Assembly: GCA_037444665.1 (NCBI GenBank)
Contig: JBBILZ010000048.1
Coordinates: 1-17,482, forward strand
Source: a candidate division WOR-3 bacterium
Lineage (GTDB): Bacteria > Hydrothermota > Tepidihabitantia > SM23-42 > JAOAFX01
Reading direction: 5' to 3'
DNA: 17,482 nucleotides
Positions 8,650 through 16,271 of the stretch are shown here, one piece after another. A program made the position numbers and the translations under genes. The notes beneath the pieces were generated by a model. It made no database searches and had not been told where the DNA came from. It saw only the letters and a list, made by a program, of their open reading frames with translations. Position 1 is the stretch's first letter; each line of letters begins with the position of its first letter.

Positions 8650-10278
8650 ATCTTTTACCTCCTTTTTTGAGTTACTTAAATTTTGTAACTTATAAATAAA
8701 AACCATTAAAGACAAAACATTCCCGATGTAATTTGCTAATGCATATTTATCACTATCGTCTTTACCAGTTCTGCTCGTTTTAAATGCTGATAAAAGATTG
8801 GGATAACAATCTTCTGCAATTTCTCGGTAAGACATCTCTTGTCCATAAAAGATTGCTCTTAAATATCGCTCAACTTCAGACCTACGCCTGCTCTTTTCTT
8901 TCTTATTTCTTTCCCATGATGGGTAAAATAAAGCATAGAGCAAGAATAAATCGTCTTGAATGTTCCATGTGCAATTCCAGTTTCTCGCTGTCAAAGACCA
9001 CATCCTGTCTAAATAGTTGTTAGTTTCTTGTATTGCCTCTGCAATTTGCGAAAGTCTGCTTGGAAGAACATCAGGAAAGATAATATTTAATTCATCCAGC
9101 CTTCTTACATTTTGCGACTTGCCAATTGTAATACAGTTACCAAAAACAAATGTCACAGTAGCATAAAGTGGCAATTGCCCAAGTCTATATAATAACCTTT
9201 TTTCCGTAGATACAACATCACCACTAGATGGGTTCCACAAGCCTTTAAGGTTCTCATATAGCCTTCTTTTCTCTTGCTCTTCCGAAGGCATTAACTTTAT
9301 AGAAGGCAAGATCAAGCATTCATTCCCGCCTAATTTGCGAGTCAATGTTTCAAGTAAACGCTGTTTAAATATATACAACAAATCTGCACAGCCTTGACAA
9401 AGTTTAAAAGCCGACGAAGGGAAATCATACGATAGATGATTTTCATATGTAGTCTGATAAAAAGATAGTTCCGCTGTACTCTGCCACTGGTCTAAAAGTT
9501 GCTTTTCTTTTTGGCATGATGGGCATACACCAACATCTTGATTAACCTCAGAAAAAATCTTATTCTTAAACCTGTCCGCACCTTTTTGAAGCCCTGCTCT
9601 TTGACGAACAAATAATAAATACCTTCTGAATAATTCATAATCTCCGATGGGTTTACCATCAATAGTTAAGCCTGCAAAAACAGATTCCCCTTGCTTCAAA
9701 GGTGGGAATTTACCTAATATTTTAGGATCACTTTTATCATTACCTCTTACTTGTTTGTTGAAATTTTCTTTATTGGTTTCTATGATTTCAACTATATTTT
9801 TTAGCCATTCTCTTTCTTCGTTTTTACCCTTATCCCAAAATAGTGGACCAGTATCTGTATTCGTTTTTTTCTTTCCATTTCCCTCTTGAATCTGGCAATA
9901 ATCATCCAGTATTGTGCGAAGTGGTTCAATCAAATCATTAACAGAAAATTCACCTTTTTTAGAATAAATCTTATGAGGGGTATTTCTTATCTTATCGCTT
10001 CGCGCTCCACCAGAACCCTGCCAGAATAAATGACTCGACCAGTTATTCAATGAGTCTATTTCAATATAGTCTTTCACCTCACAAGTCTTGCTTGTTGTGT
10101 CAATATTAATAAATAACGCATATTGGGACTTGGGATTTGCATCGACGAGAAGATTGATACCATCCTTAGATGCGTTTTGAATTAATTCGTCATGAAAGAC
10201 GCTCCATGACTTGCCCGCAGGTAGTAATCCTTCAGAGTGTAAATATAATTCAGTAAGCTGTTTAATATCTTTAATCAT
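8254..10278 (-). CDS. cas8b: Type I-B large subunit Cas8b (Csh1/TM1802-like)
   Basis: 674 aa, first gene of the operon before cas7/cas5/cas3; CPSC...CQGC zinc-finger pair; DVLPSRL motif; helical C-terminus with FFVGCL and FCHGW. Confidence 0.85.
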   Translation of the reverse strand: MIKDIKQLTELYLHSEGLLPAGKSWSVFHDELIQNASKDGINLLVDANPKSQYALFINIDTTSKTCEVKDYIEIDSLNNWSSHLFWQGSGGARSDKIRNTPHKIYSKKGEFSVNDLIEPLRTILDDYCQIQEGNGKKKTNTDTGPLFWDKGKNEEREWLKNIVEIIETNKENFNKQVRGNDKSDPKILGKFPPLKQGESVFAGLTIDGKPIGDYELFRRYLLFVRQRAGLQKGADRFKNKIFSEVNQDVGVCPSCQKEKQLLDQWQSTAELSFYQTTYENHLSYDFPSSAFKLCQGCADLLYIFKQRLLETLTRKLGGNECLILPSIKLMPSEEQEKRRLYENLKGLWNPSSGDVVSTEKRLLYRLGQLPLYATVTFVFGNCITIGKSQNVRRLDELNIIFPDVLPSRLSQIAEAIQETNNYLDRMWSLTARNWNCTWNIQDDLFLLYALFYPSWERNKKEKSRRRSEVERYLRAIFYGQEMSYREIAEDCYPNLLSAFKTSRTGKDDSDKYALANYIGNVLSLMVFIYKLQNLSNSKKEVKDMTENTKFEFTAMPDLGKFIEMHPLLKDAQYLAPFFVGCLFSYAENLQKDNSRLAAYNWLGTMALTYEDILQDIYPKALNYITNKEKIVASPRIQELTKAIAFYDKGKCDNDRLALVSFCHGWAVGGDFILK

Positions 10279-10496
10279 TCATCCCCCATTCTATAAACAG
10301 TATAAATGTATGAGAAGATTAGTAATACCACAACACACCTCGCCTATCTCCCTCTCTTAAGCATAATCCAATCTCCTCACTAAGAAAAAACAATTTGGCT
10401 TTTAATAATTTTGTGTAGGAAAAAAATAAATGGGAGAATGGAATAAACCAGAAAATAGAAAAAGGAATACAGATATAAGAAGATAGAGGTGAACAT

Positions 10497-10580
10497 AGAT
10501 TCCGAAATAAATTCGGAATGACCAATAGGGATGGATTCCTGCTTTCGCAGGAATGAAAAAGAAAGGGCGCAGGAATGACA
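10497..10580. repeat. Cluster of REP-like palindromes (GATTCC...GGAATGAC family)
   Basis: AGATTCCGAAATAAATTCGGAATGAC (10497-10522), TGGATTCCTGCTTTCGCAGGAATGA (10532-10556) and half copy CGCAGGAATGACA (10568-10580). Confidence 0.75.
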
Positions 10581-10590
10581 AAAATAAAGT

Positions 10591-10636
10591 GCAAATGTAT
10601 AAACAACCTTATGCATAAGATTTTTTATACATTTGC
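10591..10636. repeat. 46-bp near-perfect palindrome
   Basis: GCAAATGTATAAACAACCTTATG|CATAAGATTTTTTATACATTTGC; 21 of 23 positions pair. Confidence 0.85.
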
Positions 10637-10879
10637 CGATAAAAATCAATATTTGGTTGAAAGGATAGGGGTCATTGCAACTGATATTTGCCATAGTTAC
10701 TCCTTCAGATTTTCAAGATATTTTATTTCTCCAGTAAATAGTTTCATATATTTAACAATTTAATTTTCCCTAAATTATTTTCATACAAAATTCTCATCCC
10801 TCAGGGGCATTTAAGACTGCTACATTATTATACCCTCAAAGTCATACCCTGAGAATTATTATTTTTTTATTAACAAATT

Positions 10880-10907
10880 ATTATACAAAATTATTGTTCA
10901 ATGTCAA
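10880..10907 (-). promoter_or_regulatory. Sigma70-type promoter facing the cas operon
   Basis: Minus strand TTGACA(10907-10902)-N16-TATAAT(10885-10880); a possible second promoter is TTCTCA-N17-TATAAT at 10855-10827. Confidence 0.7.
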
Positions 10908-10942
10908 GTATCAAAGAAGTAATCAGGTTATGAAATTGAATA

Positions 10943-10970
10943 TTGACAAAATCTACTTCCTGGATAAAAT
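10943..10970 (+). promoter_or_regulatory. Sigma70-type promoter for tRNA-Ala and downstream genes
   Basis: TTGACA(10943-10948)-N16-TAAAAT(10965-10970), ending 15 nt before the tRNA. Confidence 0.7.
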
Positions 10971-10985
10971 TAAGAATATTAAATC

Positions 10986-11058
10986 GGGGCCGTAGCCCAG
11001 TTGGGAGAGCGCTTGACTGGCAGTCAAGAGGCCACGGGTTCGAATCCCGTCGGCTCCA
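10986..11058 (+). tRNA. tRNA-Ala(GGC), CCA not encoded
   Basis: Cloverleaf: acceptor GGGGCCG/CGGCTCC with G3.U70, anticodon stem CTTGA/TCAAG around CT-GGC-AG, T-arm ACGGG TTCGAAT CCCGT, discriminator A. Confidence 0.96.
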
Positions 11059-11090
11059 TATTTATTAAATTAATAGAAAGGAGAAATAAA

Positions 11091-12284
11091 ATGAAAAATT
11101 TTATGCTTTTTATCCTTTTAATAGGTTTAATCCTATCGGGCTGTGTCGCATCACAACCTGTGCAAAAGACCGAACCAGAACCAACACAGGATGCCAAAAA
11201 CAAGGCACTGGAAGAATATTCTATTGCTTATGAATATTTAAAACAACAAAAATATGATGAGGCAATTATACATTTTAACGAATCAATAAAATTATGGCCC
11301 AAACATTATGCAGCTTATATTGCCCTGGCCCAGATTTATCGCGCTAAGCGCGAAATAACTACTGCTGAATCAATCTACACTTTTGCAAAAAAGATTGACC
11401 CAAAGGATACCCGAGCCTATGAAGGACTGGCTGCACTATATACTGACCAGAAAAAATATGGAGAGGCAATAAGTGAATACTTAACTGCCTTGCAATTTGA
11501 TTCCACAAATGTTAATATCCTCAATGGTATTGGTTTCATTTATACAAAGACCAAAGACTATGATAAGGCTTTAGAGTTCTATTCTAAAAGTTTAAAATAC
11601 GAAGCAGATAATCTTGTTGCAATCAAAGCAATTGCCAATATCTATGTTGAAAAAGGAGAGCCTGATAAAGCCGTGCTCTATCTTGAGACCCTTAAGGCAA
11701 AGAAACCTGAGGCAGTAGATGTAAGGGAATTACTTGCAAAGACCTATCTTGATTTGAAATATTATGATAAGGCGATTGCTGAATACACCTTTCTTCTCTC
11801 AAAGAAGCCGGATAGCTATTTTTATCATCTCCAGATAGGTTCAATTTATGTAAAACAGAAAAAATATATCAATGCTGAAAAGGAGTACCAGGAAGCAAAA
11901 AAACTTGCCCCGGATAATCCATTACCAATTCTCTATATCGCAGATTTACAGATAAGTAGAGGCAGATTAGGTGAGGCAGAAAATATGGTCAGAGAAGCAT
12001 TAAAACTTTCTTCAGATAATAATTATGCCTATGTATTGCTGGGTGATATTTATGAACGAAGGGGATTCCAGAGAAAAGCAACCTGGGATAAAAAGAAAAC
12101 TAAATCCAATATTGGTGAGGCAGAAGGAGCAGTCAATCTCTTATCCCAGGCAGAGAATTATTATGCACGGGCAAGGGATGATAGTCAGTTCTCGTCTTAT
12201 GTTCGGACTGAGATTGAGCGTTGCGAAGTCTGGATAAAACAATTAAAAGAAGATATATGGTTTATTAAAGGAGGAAAGAAATAA
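11091..12284 (+). CDS. Tetratricopeptide-repeat lipoprotein (397 aa)
   Basis: SD AAGGAG then ATG at 11091; MKNFMLFILLIGLILSG|C lipobox; many TPR-like repeats (YDEAI..F, YDKAL..Y, YDKAIAEY). The track start at 11001 lies inside the tRNA. Confidence 0.9.
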   Translation: MKNFMLFILLIGLILSGCVASQPVQKTEPEPTQDAKNKALEEYSIAYEYLKQQKYDEAIIHFNESIKLWPKHYAAYIALAQIYRAKREITTAESIYTFAKKIDPKDTRAYEGLAALYTDQKKYGEAISEYLTALQFDSTNVNILNGIGFIYTKTKDYDKALEFYSKSLKYEADNLVAIKAIANIYVEKGEPDKAVLYLETLKAKKPEAVDVRELLAKTYLDLKYYDKAIAEYTFLLSKKPDSYFYHLQIGSIYVKQKKYINAEKEYQEAKKLAPDNPLPILYIADLQISRGRLGEAENMVREALKLSSDNNYAYVLLGDIYERRGFQRKATWDKKKTKSNIGEAEGAVNLLSQAENYYARARDDSQFSSYVRTEIERCEVWIKQLKEDIWFIKGGKK

Positions 12285-12323
12285 AATTCTTTCTTTCCAT
12301 AAATTAAGGTTGAAGGAGGAATT

Positions 12324-12704
12324 ATGCTTACCAAACATTCTAAAGGCATCTCTGGCTTCGGTATAATCTTTTTAATAATTTTGGTCCTGCTTGTAGGTTA
12401 TGTTGGTTATCAAATTTTCCGTATCCAATTCACATATTCTGCGGCAAAGAACAAGGTTGAAGATGCGGTAAGATTAGGTCCGGTAAGAGACGATGCAGAA
12501 ATCCTCAATGACCTATTAAGTGAATTTAAAGAAGTAAAACTTCAACTTGACCCTGCTTATGATACAATATTCATTGACCGCACGATTCCCGACTCTTTTC
12601 GTATCTATTGTGCTTACAATGATTCTTCAAAAATCTTTGGATTCTATACCTATTCCCGACACCTTGTAATTGATGTAATAATGCCAATCAGGGCAGGACT
12701 ATAA
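12324..12704 (+). CDS. DUF4845-like small membrane-anchored protein with a prepilin-like N-terminus
   Basis: SD AAGGAGG; basic leader ..HSKG followed by hydrophobic ISGFGIIFLIILVLLVGYVG; 126 aa. Confidence 0.6.
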   Translation: MLTKHSKGISGFGIIFLIILVLLVGYVGYQIFRIQFTYSAAKNKVEDAVRLGPVRDDAEILNDLLSEFKEVKLQLDPAYDTIFIDRTIPDSFRIYCAYNDSSKIFGFYTYSRHLVIDVIMPIRAGL

Positions 12705-12711
12705 AGAAAAT

Positions 12712-13218
12712 ATGCTACATTCACCTGTATTACTGCTCAATCAAAATTATGAGCCACTCACAGTTTTAAAACTGAAAAGGGCAGTAAACCTTTTGCTATT
12801 GGGCAAAGTTGACCTTATTGAGAATGACCGCAGCGGTTATCTCCGCTCAATTAATATTAAAATACCAGTACCATCTGTCCTGCGGTTAAAATATTATGTT
12901 CAGATAAAAAGGAAAGAGATTCCCCTTAATAAAAAAAATATCTTGAAAAGGGACAATTACGAATGTCAATACTGCGGGAAAAAAGGTGGTCAGATGACAA
13001 CTGACCATATCATACCCAAGGCAATGGGTGGTGAAGATTCATGGGAAAATCTTGTTTGCGCCTGTGTTGAGTGTAACAATCGTAAAGGGAATAGAACCCT
13101 CCAGGCCGCCAATATGAAATTACACAAAAAGCCGAAAAGACCAAGTTATTTTACCTTTGTCCTGAGAGAAATTGGAACAATGGATGATAAATGGCGGCCA
13201 TATCTGTTCCAATCCTGA
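12712..13218 (+). CDS. HNH endonuclease (McrA/HNH_5-like)
   Basis: VLLLNQNYEPL, PSVLRL, RDNYECQYCG, TTDHIIP..GG.DSWENLVCACVECNNRKG. Confidence 0.93.
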   Translation: MLHSPVLLLNQNYEPLTVLKLKRAVNLLLLGKVDLIENDRSGYLRSINIKIPVPSVLRLKYYVQIKRKEIPLNKKNILKRDNYECQYCGKKGGQMTTDHIIPKAMGGEDSWENLVCACVECNNRKGNRTLQAANMKLHKKPKRPSYFTFVLREIGTMDDKWRPYLFQS

Positions 13219-14516
13219 CCATCACCATTATCAATATCTTCAGCAGTCTTGATAGTATAGTTCCTGAGTTTGAAGGGAATACTTTTTTTTCAAATGATTA
13301 CCTGCGTGCCGGATACGGTCCTTTTAAAAATTCTGCAGACATTGAGATATTTATCAAAGGTATACTTAATAAATACAATAATGCAGGTTTTCCTTTTTGT
13401 AGTATTAAACCAGAATTTGTAGATATAGATAGTATGACCAGAAAATTGGTTTTACATATCACTGAAGGTGAACGGGTTATAATCAAAGATTATCTATTCA
13501 AAACCAACGGTAAAACAGAGTCTGGACCATTAAGAAAGATTGCCCATATTCAGAAAGACCAATATTTTTCTTTGCACAGCATTGAACGGGTAAAAAAAGC
13601 ATTGTTTAAAACCAGCGTTTTCAACAGTGTTAACGAATATATTTTAAAGAAGGATGAGAATTATTTTTTATTCTTTGAACTTAAGGAAAGACCGTCCGAT
13701 TATATAGTGGCAGCAGGTTCTTTTGCAGAACTCAGTAATTATTTTACGCTGAATCTTTATTCGCTAAATATCCTGGGCAGTCTGCGACAATTTAATTTTC
13801 AGTACGAGTCCAGTATTAGTGGTGAGGAGAATAAAAAATTTTTCCAGCTCAATTTCACCGAACCCATTATTCTCCACCCTGTGTTATTTAATGCTGACCT
13901 GTCTATGTGGACATATGATTCAGCAAGACTGGCAAAATTTGATGGTACATTTATTACTCCATTGAACAACTATCTCAGTATGCTCGTGTCAAGTGGCATT
14001 GAAATGACAAATTATTTGACCGATACCGGAAACTTCAATTATAAACATACCATATTACGCACGGGTTTAGAATCAGCATATTATGGCAATCGTTTTATAA
14101 TTAACAACAATGTAACCTTTGATTATCTATTCCGAAAAAACGAAAGGATGCGGATAAAGTATGATGGTACCTTTGAGTATATGAATTTTATTTTCAAACC
14201 ACATTTTCATTTAACAATTACGGACAATTTTGAATATTTTGACTATATCCGTCTTGGTGGTGCAAGTAGTTTACGCGGATATATGGAAGATGAATTTTTA
14301 GTGAAAATATCAACCTGGGCAAACATTGAATATAAATTATTACCAATCTATCCACTCTTTGATATTGCCTGGTTTAATGATGATTATACATATTCCTATG
14401 GTGCAGGCATTGATGCAAGGACCAGCATTGCCAATGCCTCATTAATCTTTGCCTGGCCCGAGCATGGAAAATGGAACGATGGTAAAGTACATTTATTATT
14501 AGAAAAAGCACTTTAA
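13191..14516 (+). CDS. Omp85 (BamA/TamA-like) outer-membrane protein with a POTRA-like region
   Basis: YNNAGFPF, ITEGERVII, POTRA-like segment, NILG and the RLGGASSLRGY (Omp85 RGY) motif; start position uncertain. Confidence 0.7.
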   Translation: MAAISVPILTITIINIFSSLDSIVPEFEGNTFFSNDYLRAGYGPFKNSADIEIFIKGILNKYNNAGFPFCSIKPEFVDIDSMTRKLVLHITEGERVIIKDYLFKTNGKTESGPLRKIAHIQKDQYFSLHSIERVKKALFKTSVFNSVNEYILKKDENYFLFFELKERPSDYIVAAGSFAELSNYFTLNLYSLNILGSLRQFNFQYESSISGEENKKFFQLNFTEPIILHPVLFNADLSMWTYDSARLAKFDGTFITPLNNYLSMLVSSGIEMTNYLTDTGNFNYKHTILRTGLESAYYGNRFIINNNVTFDYLFRKNERMRIKYDGTFEYMNFIFKPHFHLTITDNFEYFDYIRLGGASSLRGYMEDEFLVKISTWANIEYKLLPIYPLFDIAWFNDDYTYSYGAGIDARTSIANASLIFAWPEHGKWNDGKVHLLLEKAL

Positions 14517-14526
14517 GGAGGACATT

Positions 14527-15894
14527 TTGTTATTAATATTGCTATTGAGTGCAACCCTGAATCTTGATTTACCACTGAATCAAGCAATTGAATATTTACA
14601 AATTCGGGGATTGCTGAACATCCAGACAATTAGACCGCTTGAATATAATGATATTATTTCGGAAATAGATACACTTTTCTTTTCTGAAGAAAAACTGAAT
14701 AAGATTGATAAAAAATTTATCTCGTTATTTGGTCCATACCTACAGAAATCGGCGGACTTTTACAGAATATTCGCAATAAGTGGTGAAAATCAAAACCTTA
14801 AAGATTTTTATGGAAATTTTGACCTGCAACTGTCCGGTAATATTTCTGAAAATATCTCTTTTGCCCAGGGTATAAGGTTCCATACTGGCTCAGAGATTGA
14901 TAGCACCGGACCAAGACCATGGAAAGATATTGTCCAGGCATATCTGAACGAAGGATTTTTAAAGCTCACAAGTAAAAATGCTACACTGGCCTTAGGAAGG
15001 CGCAACCTTTTTTTAGGATTTGGTGATGAACATTCCCTGCTCCTCTCTCCGGCAAAAGAAGGATATGATGGCTTTTTGTTTTTGTATAATGGCAAATATT
15101 ATGAATTTTATTCAACTTTTTCTGTTCTTGATGTTGAGCAATTGCGATTTATATCAACCCACAGGATTGGATTAAATTTAGATAATTTTAAATTGGGTTT
15201 TTCCGAAGCCATTCTCTGGTCTAATAGACTGGAACCATTATATCTGAATTTCTTTTTGCCATACTATCTGAGCCAATGGTGTATTTACCGAAACGATAAT
15301 ATTATGTGGTGCTTTGATGGTTCAATACATCTCTTTAATACTTTAATATCTGGAGAATTTCTTATTGATGATTATCAATTCAGCGAACCACCGCCCGGCT
15401 ATACTGAATATCCGCACAAACTTGCTTTTCAGTGCGGATTAAAAAAGATACTGTTTGAGAAATTTTATATTGGATTCAATTATACATTCGTTGACAAATG
15501 GGTTTATACACATCATATAAGCAATAATATTTATGCAAATAAAGGCATACCTTTGGGTTTTCCACTGGGGAACGATGCCGATGAGATTGCCTTCAACCTG
15601 AAATACTTGAATAGCACTGGTATCATACCTAACCTGAAATTGGATTATATAAGAAAAGGTGAAGGGAGTATTTTTCTGCCTTATGAAATAGAAAGAGGAC
15701 CGGCGTATCCTGAATTTCCTTCAGGCATTGTGGAAAAAGAATTTGTTATACTGCCGGGCATTGAACTTTACTTCAACCCGAAGATTTATCTTGGTATTGC
15801 GGGAGGTAGAAAATTCTATAAAAACTTTGAGCACAATTCAGGAGAGAATAGAGAGGAAAATTTATTTAATGCCCAATTCTGGATTTTGTTTTAA
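14527..15894 (+). CDS. Capsule assembly Wzi-family-like outer-membrane protein
   Basis: SD AAGGAGG plus TTG start; LGRR..FLG.G...SLLLS, HRI, GEFLIDD, WVYTH, PLGFPLGNDAD motifs; C-terminal Phe. Confidence 0.65.
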   Translation: MLLILLLSATLNLDLPLNQAIEYLQIRGLLNIQTIRPLEYNDIISEIDTLFFSEEKLNKIDKKFISLFGPYLQKSADFYRIFAISGENQNLKDFYGNFDLQLSGNISENISFAQGIRFHTGSEIDSTGPRPWKDIVQAYLNEGFLKLTSKNATLALGRRNLFLGFGDEHSLLLSPAKEGYDGFLFLYNGKYYEFYSTFSVLDVEQLRFISTHRIGLNLDNFKLGFSEAILWSNRLEPLYLNFFLPYYLSQWCIYRNDNIMWCFDGSIHLFNTLISGEFLIDDYQFSEPPPGYTEYPHKLAFQCGLKKILFEKFYIGFNYTFVDKWVYTHHISNNIYANKGIPLGFPLGNDADEIAFNLKYLNSTGIIPNLKLDYIRKGEGSIFLPYEIERGPAYPEFPSGIVEKEFVILPGIELYFNPKIYLGIAGGRKFYKNFEHNSGENREENLFNAQFWILF

Positions 15895-15949
15895 TTCATA
15901 TATCTGATAGTATGACCGTCCCAATGCCGGTTATAACTTTTATGCCTGT

Positions 15950-16125
15950 GATGCCTTGAATATGCTTTCTATTGATGATAAGATTCTGATCAAAGGTTAT
16001 GGCCAGGGATTAAAACTGCTTGATTGTCCAAAAATTGCAGTATATAACCTTGACCCTGGACTGCTGAAAAAAAAGCATAAGCAATAGGTGATATCATTGC
16101 CCTGTTGGACCATGATAACCTTTAT
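15950..16125 (+). pseudogene. Relic of a DUF4438-family gene (two fragments in different frames)
   Basis: Frame at 15950 reads DALNMLSIDDKILIKGYGQGLKLLDCPKIAVYNLDPGLLKK; frame at 16084 reads IGDIIALLDHDNLY. Both resemble DUF4438 segments as I recall them (GDKILIKAxGQGLKLLDxP..NxDP and LGDIVAxxDHDN). Confidence 0.6.
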
Positions 16126-16187
16126 TTTTTCAACCCAGAAGATTCTTTGGGGGTGGATACCATGTCTTGAAACTCTGCATTTTCCTC

Positions 16188-16215
16188 TTGACATTTGCCA
16201 AAAATTATATATAAT
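16188..16215 (+). promoter_or_regulatory. Sigma70-type promoter of tuf
   Basis: TTGACA(16188-16193)-N16-TATAAT(16210-16215); SD AAGGAGG before the ATG at 16272. Confidence 0.8.
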
Positions 16216-16271
16216 TAAAGTTTAGATTATTCTTTAATAATTATTAGAATAAGAATCAAGGAGGACTTTTT

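Noticed and set aside
10319..10763. Track ORFs 10319-10606, 10380-10694 and 10575-10763 as real proteins
   Set aside because: They translate REP palindromes and low-complexity tracts (e.g. SFLRKQES, HSCESRNP) with no recognisable domain; only the SD/ATG at 10694 is kept as a note.
10741..10775. GTTTCATATATTTAACAATTTAATTTTCCCTAAAT as a degenerate CRISPR repeat (CreA/CreR-like mini-array)
   Set aside because: Shares the GTTTCA start and AAAT end, but needs two gaps for about 23/37 identity in very AT-rich DNA; no second pseudo-repeat or clear guide target was found.
10995..11010. C-A mismatch in the tRNA D-stem (GCCC/GAGC) as a sign of a pseudo-tRNA
   Set aside because: All other arms, G3.U70 and the promoter are intact; a single D-stem mismatch is tolerated.
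10986..11058. tRNA-Ala as the integration site of a CRISPR island
   Set aside because: The cas locus is on the 5' side of the tRNA, and no integrase or duplicated tRNA 3' end is visible.
11001..11090. Track N-terminal extension of the TPR protein
   Set aside because: Overlaps tRNA-Ala; the SD and lipoprotein signal support the ATG at 11091.
12712..13218. HNH nuclease as a CRISPR accessory effector
   Set aside because: Opposite strand, embedded in an envelope-gene run, and of a widespread stand-alone HNH type.
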